The notes beneath the pieces are model-generated. The model was given only the letters and a program-made list of their open reading frames with translations, had not been told where the DNA came from and searched no databases. A program made the translations under genes and the position numbers. From a virus (lineage: Duplodnaviria; Caudoviricetes), in the IMG/VR virus record IMGVR_UViG_3300032270_000804, positions 1 through 41,838 of that record: 41,838 bases of DNA, one strand, 5' to 3'. This document shows positions 33,244 to 41,838 of this stretch, piece by piece; position 1 is the first letter of the stretch; the number at the start of each line of letters is the position of its first letter.

Positions 33244-35063
33244 TTGGCCTCGTTCCATGATCCTCCTACTTTTGCCTCGGCTAGCGGTGGAACATCTCCA
33301 AGCCATTCTGCTTCGGCATCTTCCATGACGCTGGCCAGCTGGAGCGCCCAAGTTTCAGCATGATCCTCCCGCACCAGGAGGATCACTTCATCGTGAATCA
33401 CGCCAGCTAGGCGCACGATCTCTTCACCGTCTGCCTGGAGCAGTGGCCACAGTTTGCCGAGCGTCCGCTTGAGAACCGCTGCGCCAGCACCCTGGATCGG
33501 AGTGTTGCAGCGCGTGGTGAGTTTGTTGTGCTCGCCCGGAAGAAACCGCCGGAACCCGGAGTGACGAATGAAGATAGGGGCAAGGCCCGAAGTTGCATTA
33601 GCCGCTGCAGCATTAGCCCGCTGCCACTTGCTGATGCCCTTGTAAGCAGCGTGAAATTTTTGCCGAATTTCTGCCGCTTCATCCAAATCCATCTGGATCC
33701 CCATGGCCGCCGCGTAATTACGCAACCCCTTTGCGCCGCTTCCATACAGCAAACCGAAGTTGGCCGACTTAGCAATTTGTCGCTGATCTTTTGTGACATT
33801 TCCTTCATCAACCCCATAAATCTGCATCGCGGTGAGTGTGTGCAAGTCCGTCCCCTGCTGGAACGCCTCAATCATCAACGCATCGTTTGCCTCAGCTGCT
33901 GCCAGCCTCAGCTCCATCTGCGCATAATCCGCAACCACCAGTTTGAATCCCTTAGGCGCCTGTACACATGCCCGAAACCTTGAATCTCTCGGTATTTGCT
34001 GGAGGTTGGGGCTCATACATGACATACGCCCCGTATCAGCGCCAAGCTGCAAATAACTAGCCCTAATAAACCCATCCTTATCTATATTTTTCATCAAAGT
34101 TTCAGCCATCTGCCTCCGCTTTTCCAGTCTCTTCCACCTCAAATACTCAGCAATAACAGGATGATCCCCTGCATATTCTTCCAACGCTAATTTGCTGGCA
34201 CTAGGCTTACCAGTCTTCTGATTAACTGGTGCTTCCCCAAGCAAAGCAGTGAACTTTTTAAGCAGTTGAGCAGGACTATTTAGATTGAAAAACTCTTTTG
34301 TTCCAGCGCGGTCAGCATCTTCTTTTTTATACAAGATAATGCCATGTTCAGGGGCTCTGGGTAACTTGTGATCATCAGGTAAAGCAGCATCAAAATTAGT
34401 GATAAAAGTTTCTCCCGCCTCAAAGTGATCATCGTCCAGATCATCAATCAATTTGTCCAAATCAGCCTTGTTGAACGGCAACCCAGTCCGCCAAAGCTGT
34501 GCCATCGAGTTTAGAGCTGCACACTCTAAAAACCAGGCTTTATGCAAACATGCTGACGCCATGCGCTGGTTTATCGGACCATCCAGCTGCACCAACAAAT
34601 CAACATCCTTAGCCGCATACTCCAGTTGCTCTGGAGTTAAATCACCAGACCAATCACTTCGCTGCTGTTCTTTAGAAATAGTCAGCGACAAATACCGCTT
34701 AACTACTTGCTCCAAGCTATTTTTGACGTTTGGCATCCCATTAGTCAGGATGCGACTCGCCAGCATGGTGCACAGAACTTTGCCCTGTGGATAAATGCCA
34801 TGCTCCTGAAGCCAGCCAAGATCAAACACAGCATTGTGCGCCAGCCAAAACCGCTCCTGATTAAAAAGCGCCTGGAGCGCATCCCAGCCATTATCCTCCA
34901 GTTCCCAGCAGTCAATAACAACCGGCAGCCGATCCAATGCTCCGAACTGGAGAAGCCGCATCCCTCCAGCAACAGGCTGGAGACCGGTCGTTTCACAGTC
35001 AAATGCCACTGTCGCAGCATTTTGCATCGAGCCGATGTGCTCTATGCCAAATAGGTAATTCAA
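33240..35063 (-). CDS. polA: family A DNA polymerase with 3'-5' exonuclease
   Basis: Exo motifs FDCETTGL, HNAVFDL, YAAKD; pol motifs DYAQMELR, RQIAKSANFGLLYG, IHDE. Confidence 0.97.
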   Translation of the reverse strand: MNYLFGIEHIGSMQNAATVAFDCETTGLQPVAGGMRLLQFGALDRLPVVIDCWELEDNGWDALQALFNQERFWLAHNAVFDLGWLQEHGIYPQGKVLCTMLASRILTNGMPNVKNSLEQVVKRYLSLTISKEQQRSDWSGDLTPEQLEYAAKDVDLLVQLDGPINQRMASACLHKAWFLECAALNSMAQLWRTGLPFNKADLDKLIDDLDDDHFEAGETFITNFDAALPDDHKLPRAPEHGIILYKKEDADRAGTKEFFNLNSPAQLLKKFTALLGEAPVNQKTGKPSASKLALEEYAGDHPVIAEYLRWKRLEKRRQMAETLMKNIDKDGFIRASYLQLGADTGRMSCMSPNLQQIPRDSRFRACVQAPKGFKLVVADYAQMELRLAAAEANDALMIEAFQQGTDLHTLTAMQIYGVDEGNVTKDQRQIAKSANFGLLYGSGAKGLRNYAAAMGIQMDLDEAAEIRQKFHAAYKGISKWQRANAAAANATSGLAPIFIRHSGFRRFLPGEHNKLTTRCNTPIQGAGAAVLKRTLGKLWPLLQADGEEIVRLAGVIHDEVILLVREDHAETWALQLASVMEDAEAEWLGDVPPLAEAKVGGSWNEAK

Positions 35064-35113
35064 GGGGTGGGCCTCTGAGTGGGCTTACCGGACTACTGTA
35101 CTACATCTCCTGG

Positions 35114-35596
35114 CTACCGGGCCTCGAACAAAACACACTCTGTAGCAAAGTCGTCGCCAGCCTCCGGGAACTCAAAGCCGCACTGGTCCTTATTCCAGTT
35201 CTGGCACTCCCGGCAGTACAGCATTTTGCCCACACGAGGCGGATGCAGCTCCCAGTACACGTCTTTGTACATACGCCCGGTCTGGATCAACGAGATAGCC
35301 TGGCGCGTAATGCCGTAGATCGCTGCGAGGTTGCGCTGGGGTAGCTCGGACTGGATGATTGCGCGAGCATCTTCACGCGAAAGACGACGCCACGCATCAC
35401 TCCGCCCAGATTGCGTATCCCACTTGGACCGATAAGGCCGCCCCTCGTTTTCCTTGGTGAACACGGTCCAGCGATGTGAGCACACATTGCACTGGAGCCG
35501 CCGCCTTCGCTCTCCCCTAACCGTCATCCGCGTTTCCTTGACAGTCCAATCCCGCATCCCACACTGCTCGCATTTAGTCACTTTGTTGTTCTTCAA
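35114..35596 (-). CDS. Zn-ribbon + HTH + Cys-cluster protein, putative regulator
   Basis: CEQC...ETR...RRRRLQCNVCSHRWT (NrdR-like ribbon); QRNLAAIYGITRQAISLI; CREC...C...C. Confidence 0.75.
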   Translation of the reverse strand: MKNNKVTKCEQCGMRDWTVKETRMTVRGERRRRLQCNVCSHRWTVFTKENEGRPYRSKWDTQSGRSDAWRRLSREDARAIIQSELPQRNLAAIYGITRQAISLIQTGRMYKDVYWELHPPRVGKMLYCRECQNWNKDQCGFEFPEAGDDFATECVLFEAR

Positions 35597-35813
35597 GTTT
35601 TGTAATTAGACGATTCAAATACCAGCGAGCTTTTTGTAGATCTTCAACTGGATCTTTTTTTACCCAGCATCTTTCGACGTATTTGAGGATTTGCCACTGG
35701 AGGCCACCCAAGATAGGATCAGGCGCAAAACGAACGGCATCCTCAATTTTGTCGATAACTTCAAATTTCCTATCCTTGGCATAGTGGGATGGGGAGTTAA
35801 CAGCATCGTTCAT
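35574..35813 (-). CDS. DUF3310 family protein
   Basis: VNSPSHY...LKYVER...EDLQKARWYL. Confidence 0.88.
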   Translation of the reverse strand: MNDAVNSPSHYAKDRKFEVIDKIEDAVRFAPDPILGGLQWQILKYVERCWVKKDPVEDLQKARWYLNRLITKLEEQQSD

Positions 35814-36322
35814 AATTTAGAAGCGGTTACTGTTTTGTCGTTGTTGTAGTGGCCAGTAATTGAATAATCACGCACTGGAGTTTGCGACATACGATGAAAT
35901 ACAATCTGCCCAATACGCATCCCAGGCCAAATAGCAACAGGGTGCATAGAACGTGCATTTTGCAGCTCCAAAGTAAGCTTCGATCCACTCCAGCCTGGGT
36001 CACAATACCCAGCCATCAGATGCTCAATACCTGATCGAGCTCTGGAACTCTTAAGGGCAAATTGCCCTGCGATATTCGTAGGCAGAAAGAACGTTTCCTC
36101 AGTACAAGCCAACACAAACTCGTGGGGCTGCAGATAAAACGGTTCTGCTTGCGAATGTCCAGTGATGTCAACCGAAGTCATGGTAGACCACTCGGCCATT
36201 TCTACCATTAGCTCACAGCCAAGTCTCACATCAAGACTCGCTGGATTCACCAGGTCTGGATCATAAGGAGTCACAAGGCCCTGCTCACACAGGGCCCGGA
36301 TCTCTGCATCACAGAGAATCAT
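35810..36322 (-). CDS. dcd: dCTP deaminase
   Basis: NPASLDVRLG, KSSRARSG, AGYCDPGW, LTLEL and IGQIVF motifs. Confidence 0.93.
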   Translation of the reverse strand: MILCDAEIRALCEQGLVTPYDPDLVNPASLDVRLGCELMVEMAEWSTMTSVDITGHSQAEPFYLQPHEFVLACTEETFFLPTNIAGQFALKSSRARSGIEHLMAGYCDPGWSGSKLTLELQNARSMHPVAIWPGMRIGQIVFHRMSQTPVRDYSITGHYNNDKTVTASKL

Positions 36323-36690
36323 GCTTCACTCTGCTGGAGTTGAACATGACCCCAGGTCTTGCCGTATTTAATGGCATTGATGGTGGTCACATGCACTTTG
36401 TACAGCTGCGAAATAGCACCAGCCTTCTCACCAGCAGCCAGCCGCCGCTTGATCTCCAGCACCTTTTTCTCAGTCAACGAAGCCCTCGCCTTGCGGCGAG
36501 ACTTACGAGACTTGGTTTGAGATTGCGGCTTGTCGGCTTGGGACAGCACTGACTTAACTGGAGCTGGAGTTTCAAGTTGAACGGTCTGGGCACCAGCAAT
36601 GATGTATGTGATGTTGTCCAGAGCAGTCGTGATCTCGGTCACATAGGAAGCCAGTTGATGGGCTTCACGATCAGAAAGAAGAGTAATCAT
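36319..36690 (-). CDS. protein with C-terminal HTH
   Basis: LTEKKVLEIKRRL...ISQLYKVHVTTINAIKYGKTW. Confidence 0.75.
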   Translation of the reverse strand: MITLLSDREAHQLASYVTEITTALDNITYIIAGAQTVQLETPAPVKSVLSQADKPQSQTKSRKSRRKARASLTEKKVLEIKRRLAAGEKAGAISQLYKVHVTTINAIKYGKTWGHVQLQQSEA

Positions 36691-36728
36691 GGTTGAGTTG
36701 TGAACGGGTGGAGTGTACAAGAGAAGAG

Positions 36729-36986
36729 TTACATGCTGTTCTTCTCCACGAGGATGGCAGCCTGGAAATAGCTAGCCACTTTCATGCGGTGAAAAATTTG
36801 ACCTGACTCTGGAGTTTTACGATTCTCAGCTTGTGCATAGTCATGACGAGCATCACTAAGTGCTGAGAGCGTTTCGATATTAAGAGTTTCCAGATCCACG
36901 TCTGACAACTCTTTAATATCCTCCAATGAAAGAGTTTTACCAAGAAGGTAAGACTTAAAAAATGGCTGATTAGTGCTTTGCGTCAT
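36729..36986 (-). CDS. hypothetical protein
   Basis: 85 aa in operon. Confidence 0.75.
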   Translation of the reverse strand: MTQSTNQPFFKSYLLGKTLSLEDIKELSDVDLETLNIETLSALSDARHDYAQAENRKTPESGQIFHRMKVASYFQAAILVEKNSM

Positions 36987-37296
36987 CGAATTGGTTCTTT
37001 AGATCTTGTACAACAGAATTGGGTAGCTTGAGAATCTCGGAAATTGCCAAGCGTGCCAGCTTCTGGCTATCTACAGTATCAGCCATTTCAAACTTGGCGA
37101 TCATGTGATGGAGGAGCTGGGACAGATTTTTAGGTTTGACCCAGCTGGTATCCGAGGGGATCGGCTCAGTGCCGTAGGACCAGTCATCGTAGTCCTCGTC
37201 ATTGCGCAGATCCCTGGCGCTACTCGCTCCAATCCGACGTGTCCACCAGCTCCCAGTTGTCGATTTTTTCGGCAAGCAGTCGTTTGAGTCCAGCAT
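36970..37296 (-). CDS. hypothetical protein (start uncertain)
   Basis: DYDDWSYGTEPIP motif; 5' end overlaps the upstream gene by 77 nt. Confidence 0.65.
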   Translation of the reverse strand: MLDSNDCLPKKSTTGSWWTRRIGASSARDLRNDEDYDDWSYGTEPIPSDTSWVKPKNLSQLLHHMIAKFEMADTVDSQKLARLAISEILKLPNSVVQDLKNQFDDAKH

Positions 37297-37483
37297 CGGT
37301 TGCAGGGATCACGTCCTCTTCAGAAAAGTAGAAGGAGCCTCTGCACAAGGCAGGGCAATACTCTTCTGGGTCGTCCATAGTCTGCCGCGCTGCGATTGCA
37401 GCGTCTTCAACAATGGCCTCAACAGTACAAATGTTGTCATGGCTAAAGCTAATGTCGTAGATCTCCAGCACATCAGGGTTCAT
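37220..37483 (-). CDS. acidic hypothetical protein
   Basis: MNPDVLEIY...DDPEEYCPALCRGSF. Confidence 0.75.
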   Translation of the reverse strand: MNPDVLEIYDISFSHDNICTVEAIVEDAAIAARQTMDDPEEYCPALCRGSFYFSEEDVIPATDAGLKRLLAEKIDNWELVDTSDWSE

Positions 37484-37704
37484 TTGACCTCCTGGCGGAT
37501 GGTGGCTGCAAGGTCGTCCATCCAAGTGTCCCATGACATCTTGAAAAATTGTTCCATGTCAGTCAGTTGCTTGAGATTGTGCTGGTCGTAGGCGCTATTC
37601 AAGCCGTGCACAGCATTTTCAGCGATGCGCTGCTGGATCACCAGGGACGCATAGCGGACTGTGAAATACCACGGGCTTAGCTTTTCGTTCGGAACTTCAG
37701 TCAT
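37480..37704 (-). CDS. hypothetical protein
   Basis: MTEVPNEKLSPWYF..., ATGA overlap with the next gene. Confidence 0.75.
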   Translation of the reverse strand: MTEVPNEKLSPWYFTVRYASLVIQQRIAENAVHGLNSAYDQHNLKQLTDMEQFFKMSWDTWMDDLAATIRQEVK

Positions 37705-37811
37705 GGTGTAGTACAGAGAAAAGGTGAGAAGCTCTCGCCCCTCACCAGTAGTGTTACACAGAATGACCCCAGGAGCAAGTAGGCCAGTTACAAAAGTACA
37801 CACTCGCAGGG

Positions 37812-38150
37812 CTACCCATCGGTTGGAACCCCCAGCTCCTCGGGCTCATAGGTGGTGAGCACGCAGACATCAGCTCCACGTCGCAGGGCTTGCCCCACGG
37901 TATAGCGAAAGATCTGCTCGGCATCCGGGCACTCCTCGATCTGGAACTCATCCACCTCGACAGGCCGCCCTTTTTTGAACCAGGCAAGCCGCACCACCGA
38001 ATGGATGCCATCCGGCGTGGGGCCAGTGGTAAAGCCCAGCGTGGGGATCCTGCTGGGCTCACCAGGGCGTTTTGGTTTCAACGTAGCCACGGGTTCTCTC
38101 CAAAGTAGCCAGGCGGCTACGCGGAGCAGCCCCAGGAAAAAGTTAGGCAT
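37812..38150 (-). CDS. hypothetical protein
   Basis: MPNFFLGLLRVAAWLLWR... Confidence 0.7.
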   Translation of the reverse strand: MPNFFLGLLRVAAWLLWREPVATLKPKRPGEPSRIPTLGFTTGPTPDGIHSVVRLAWFKKGRPVEVDEFQIEECPDAEQIFRYTVGQALRRGADVCVLTTYEPEELGVPTDG

Positions 38151-38164
38151 TTTCAAATCGTGGA

Positions 38165-40579
38165 TCAGTCCCATGCGCGTGCGGCTTCCTCCATCAAGGA
38201 CTGCAATTCAGCCTCGCTGCGCTCCTCGCGCGCGTGGGGATATGTCCCAGAGGTGTCCCCATGCCCAAAACTGTTGGTATCAGAGGGTTCTGCAGTGGGA
38301 CACCCCTTTGTTTTCGAGGCAATGTGTCCCCCTCCTCCAGCAAGGGGGACACTTTCCTGAAAATTACCAACGTGTCCCCCTGCTAAATCCTTGTCACCAC
38401 AAGGTTTTTGCCTAGGGGGACACACTTCTACTACCTCTCCCCGCGAGGAGGCCACAACGGCTTGGTACACATTGGGGCGACTGCCGCCTTTTTTGGAGCC
38501 TTCACGAGTTCCAACAACCTCAATCAACCCCCGCTTCTCAAGACGCTGGAGCGATTTTTTGATTCCGGCCACGCTGCCCCCGCAAATCGGGTCGCTATTC
38601 AGCTCCTCACGGGTCTTACCAGCGGGATACACCACACGAAGGCGCTGGAGCACCCTGTCTGTGATCCCAGAGGGCGTGGTTTCGCTCGGGTCGATCTGTG
38701 GAGTCCAATCCTCCAGCGTGAAGCACAGGTCCACGTCCTGCCGCATCAGGAGGCTGGTGCCACCACGACCTGACCTGGACTTTTCCACAGTGATGATCCG
38801 AGCGTTGTTGCCTGTCTGCTCCAGCTGCTTATCCGTAGGCCGCCTGAGGCTCCAGGTCTCGTCCACAGCATCCCGAATAGCGCTGGTGCCCCGGAACCCG
38901 CCCGTTTTGTTGGCGTGATGAATGATCAGGATCGTGGTGGCAGGGAACAGCACCCCGTTGTTGCGAGTCAGCCAGTAGAGCGGCGTGGCGAAGTCAGATT
39001 TGTTTTCGTCAAACGCCCGACCACCAGAACAGCCGATCAGTGAGTCAATGACCACGAGCTTTGGCCGCACCCGCTCCATGAGCTTTTTGAAGCGTGCATA
39101 CGACTGGAGCGTCCAGTCCGTCCGCAGCGTCACAGGCGCATCAGGCGGCATCTCAACCTCCTGGAGCTGCTCCTGCATCTGCCCAAGCGGCTGATCGCCA
39201 TTCAGCAGCAACACAGGCCCCTGTTCAACTGGAACGTGATGCCCCCGAATCACAAAGGGCGTTCCGGTGGCAACGTGCTTAGCCAACGTCCAAGCGGCCA
39301 TGGATTTCCCATCACCACCAGCGCCATAGATCAGCACCACCGAGGGATTGGGTAACAGATCAGGAATCAAGTAAGTCCGCTTGAAGTCTTTTTCAAACAG
39401 CTCACTGAGAGTCATCGTCTCAGACTGCGACTCGTACTGGACCTGATCGACATACATTTTCTCCAACTCGAACGCATCCCGCATCCGAGCCTTGTATGCA
39501 ATTTTGTGTAGCTCGTACTTTTGCTCAGCTGGATTTTCAAGCTCCAGAGCCTTTTTCGTTGCCAGCATGATGTCACTAAACACCGGCAACTTTTCTGGAT
39601 CAGCTTCTGCTTCGAGCTGCGCAACAACTTTCCGCAGATCCTCAGCCAGCCAAAGCCGCCCCGGCATCTGCTGATCCGCCATCCAGAACAGCGAGCCAAG
39701 CGTTACGGGCCCTTTTTTGAACGACTTCCAAACCTCATCACAGGGATTGGAGCTGGCCCATTCATCGGAGTATTCAGGATCGTCAGCAGACCAGGCACTC
39801 CACAACGTCAGGCCCAGATCCGTGGGCAACTCGCTGTGGATCGCCATGCCCACCTTGACCCAGTGATCCCGACTCCCAGCACCCTGCCCAGGAATCACCC
39901 GCAGAGCCGACTGGATAATCTCAGCCACCTCACCCGGATCTCGATCTGAGAAGTCGAGCGCCCGACGATTTTTGATGAAGCCCCCGTCAGCCAGCTCCTT
40001 ACCAGCCGCCTCCTTCATCTCCGCGATCAACCAACCTGGAGCCTCTGGAATGGCCCCCAGATCGCCCTCAAAGCCATACTCACCCTCCAGGCCCTTCTTA
40101 TCGGTAGAACCCGGATACGCCCCGTACAGGAGCCCCTGGCGGCCCCAGAGCACCTCATAGCCCGCCCCGGTATCCGACAACCCAAAACCCTTGACCTGGC
40201 CCCACAGCTCCTCAGGTACCAGGAACAGGTACTTAGCCGCATTGGGCTTGGTGCTTCTTACGACTGGGGCACCCTCTAGCGTGTTGCCCCATTTTTTGAG
40301 CAGCCGAGCCAGGTTCTTATCCACATCCAGGATCACGAGCCCCTTGCTACGAGCCCCGGTAAACACACCAACGGCCTGAAACACCTCAGGCTTGCGCTGG
40401 ATCTGGAGGGCCACATCCTCCGGGGTCATCACAACGTGATGGCTTTTCTCCAGTGGCGTCTTGCCCTTCGAGATTTTCCCGGACTGGAGCGCACAGTCCT
40501 TGGCGTAAATCGGCGCGTAAGCAAACCCAGCCGGCAGCTGGCGAACAAACGCCAGCAACTCTTGCGACTTTTGAGACAC
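38165..40579 (-). CDS. primase-helicase (Prim-Pol + PriCT-2 + AAA_25/RecA-like helicase + winged helix)
   Basis: GKTP, ILDVD, WVKVGMAIH, WKSF, Walker A GAGGDGKS, VVIDSL, IIHHANK and RGTSAI motifs. Confidence 0.93.
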   Translation of the reverse strand: MSQKSQELLAFVRQLPAGFAYAPIYAKDCALQSGKISKGKTPLEKSHHVVMTPEDVALQIQRKPEVFQAVGVFTGARSKGLVILDVDKNLARLLKKWGNTLEGAPVVRSTKPNAAKYLFLVPEELWGQVKGFGLSDTGAGYEVLWGRQGLLYGAYPGSTDKKGLEGEYGFEGDLGAIPEAPGWLIAEMKEAAGKELADGGFIKNRRALDFSDRDPGEVAEIIQSALRVIPGQGAGSRDHWVKVGMAIHSELPTDLGLTLWSAWSADDPEYSDEWASSNPCDEVWKSFKKGPVTLGSLFWMADQQMPGRLWLAEDLRKVVAQLEAEADPEKLPVFSDIMLATKKALELENPAEQKYELHKIAYKARMRDAFELEKMYVDQVQYESQSETMTLSELFEKDFKRTYLIPDLLPNPSVVLIYGAGGDGKSMAAWTLAKHVATGTPFVIRGHHVPVEQGPVLLLNGDQPLGQMQEQLQEVEMPPDAPVTLRTDWTLQSYARFKKLMERVRPKLVVIDSLIGCSGGRAFDENKSDFATPLYWLTRNNGVLFPATTILIIHHANKTGGFRGTSAIRDAVDETWSLRRPTDKQLEQTGNNARIITVEKSRSGRGGTSLLMRQDVDLCFTLEDWTPQIDPSETTPSGITDRVLQRLRVVYPAGKTREELNSDPICGGSVAGIKKSLQRLEKRGLIEVVGTREGSKKGGSRPNVYQAVVASSRGEVVEVCPPRQKPCGDKDLAGGHVGNFQESVPLAGGGGHIASKTKGCPTAEPSDTNSFGHGDTSGTYPHAREERSEAELQSLMEEAARAWD

Positions 40580-40611
40580 AGTGTTAGACTCCTACAGAAC
40601 ATTGGAAAGCC

Positions 40612-40645
40612 ACACCCCGGAGGCCTAGGCCCCTGGGGTGTTTTT
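40612..40645. other. long GC-rich hairpin in the divergent intergenic region
   Basis: ACACCCCGGAGGCC-TA-GGCCCCTGGGGTGT followed by TTTT. Confidence 0.75.
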
Positions 40646-40731
40646 GTATGGTAGCCAGGTGACCACCACCGTGCTAGTGTGTCACAACCGGCAGGACAAA
40701 ACCTGCTGGAGCAAACCCTAGAACCACCATC

Positions 40732-41319
40732 ATGGCTTTTCTTTCCAAGTCCGCCACAGCGGCCATCAGCACCAATTCAAGTGGCGGCGGCTACCTGAAC
40801 CTGAGCAAACTGCCCGACAAAGGCTCTGTCCGCATCACGGTACTAGCCGACCAACCCCTCGAATACTTCGAGACCTGGGGCACTCTCGATGGAGCATCCA
40901 AACCCTTCCGCTTTGGTTACGAGCCCACCCCCGACGACATTGCAGCTGAACTGGGTGACTACGAGGCCCGCGAAGGCCGTGGCGGCCCCGGCACCGTGGA
41001 CATTAAGTTTTGCATCAGCGCCCCCGTCTTCAACTACGACACCGGCAACGTCCAGGTCTGGAGCATCAACCAAAAAACCATCCTGAAGGAGCTGGATTCC
41101 ATCTCCCAAATGGATGACTACGACAACGATCTCACCAGCATCGACCTAATCATCGGCAAAGAGATCCAAGCCAACGGCATCCCCAAGTACACGGTCCGTC
41201 CTGTACCCAAGAAAAAGGGCAGCCAAGAGCACGTCGTAGCTGCCTGGGTCGAAGCCCAAGAGGCAGGCTTTGACCTGGAACGCCTCCTCACCGGCGCCAA
41301 CCCATTCAAGGCTGGCTAA
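40732..41319 (+). CDS. putative single-stranded DNA-binding/annealing protein
   Basis: 195 aa, GGYLNLSKL, PVFNYD...VQVWSINQKTI, KYTV, C-terminal NPF; highly expressed codon bias; next to primase and exonuclease. Confidence 0.7.
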   Translation: MAFLSKSATAAISTNSSGGGYLNLSKLPDKGSVRITVLADQPLEYFETWGTLDGASKPFRFGYEPTPDDIAAELGDYEAREGRGGPGTVDIKFCISAPVFNYDTGNVQVWSINQKTILKELDSISQMDDYDNDLTSIDLIIGKEIQANGIPKYTVRPVPKKKGSQEHVVAAWVEAQEAGFDLERLLTGANPFKAG

Positions 41320-41362
41320 GTAGTCGCTTTACTGATAACTGCCAGTTATTCAATATTTCAAT

Positions 41363-41389
41363 AGCCCCCTCTAGCCAAGGGGGCTTTTT
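41363..41389 (+). terminator. intrinsic terminator
   Basis: AGCCCCCT-7 nt-AGGGGGCT-TTTT. Confidence 0.85.
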
Positions 41390-41422
41390 CGTGGTATTGT
41401 TAAATGGGGAAATAGTATTTAA

Positions 41423-41838
41423 ATGCCTTCTGCACAAGACACACTAGCAACACTAAGGCGCTGGAACCTTGTGCAGGACAACAGCGGCCCCCACCGAACG
41501 TACTATTTAGCCTCGAACCCCAGCGTTAAATACGCTAGTGTTACACACATCCTGAAGGAAACCAGCGACACGACCGGGCTGGTGCAATGGGAGAAGCGGC
41601 TTGGCGCTGTAGAAGCAGCCAGCCAACGTAATACCGCCGCAACACGCGGCAACATGGCCCACTCCCAGGCCGAATACTTGCTTAAGACTGCTTCTGCACT
41701 GGCGCGTCGAGCAGCAAACAAACGCACCCTCAAATTCGACGAACGAGGGCTGGCACAAATCCCCCCAGCCCTAACGAAGTGGGCCCTCAATCGCATTCAC
41801 GCCAAGCTTCCACCAGTTGGCTGGAGCGCTGCTGGATA
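41423..41838 (+). CDS. 3'-truncated putative PD-(D/E)XK exonuclease
   Basis: MPSAQDTL...YASVTHILKET...LVQWEKRLG...AATRGNMAH; open to the window end; extended -10 TGGTATTGT upstream. Confidence 0.75.
   Translation, partial: MPSAQDTLATLRRWNLVQDNSGPHRTYYLASNPSVKYASVTHILKETSDTTGLVQWEKRLGAVEAASQRNTAATRGNMAHSQAEYLLKTASALARRAANKRTLKFDERGLAQIPPALTKWALNRIHAKLPPVGWSAAG

Noticed and set aside
41536-41550. Operator-like TAGTGT-TAC-ACA inside the exonuclease gene
   Set aside because: Coincides with the SVTHIL protein motif, so it is explained by coding constraint
1-41838. Prophage, lysogeny module, tRNA genes or photosynthesis AMGs
   Set aside because: No integrase, att-flanked host genes, cloverleaf or psbA/hli-like ORFs seen; the missing part of the genome cannot be judged

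Overview
This window is a near-complete (~42 kb) genome of a tailed dsDNA phage with a long non-contractile, lambda-like tail. The host is probably a picocyanobacterium; this is inferred from gene content, the near absence of Shine-Dalgarno sites, TTTTCCACA DnaA boxes and HLR1-like motifs, not from a database search. The layout is: putative terminase small subunit; a ~2.5 kb insert of small early-type genes and cis-signals; TerL, portal, scaffold and major capsid; neck and tail genes (tail tube, frameshifted chaperone, tape measure, a second tail-tube paralog, gpM/L/K/I/J, fibres); a lysis cassette; a minus-strand replication/regulation arm (DNA Pol A, dCTP deaminase, primase-helicase); and a divergent SSB-like gene plus a truncated exonuclease. 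No integrase, tRNA, rRNA or CRISPR array was seen. The most notable observations are: (1) a second, unannotated -1 programmed frameshift in the holin-like gene; (2) a cluster of DnaA boxes, phased CATTCAT repeats, an AT-rich stretch and a strand-skew inversion between terS and terL; (3) a TACTGT-N3-ACAGTA operator family that overlaps -10 boxes and flanks a ribbon-helix-helix gene; (4) two divergent genes sharing one CATG; (5) a tail-tube paralog and a B-lectin inserted into gpL. All functional calls come from motif reading and synteny by eye.
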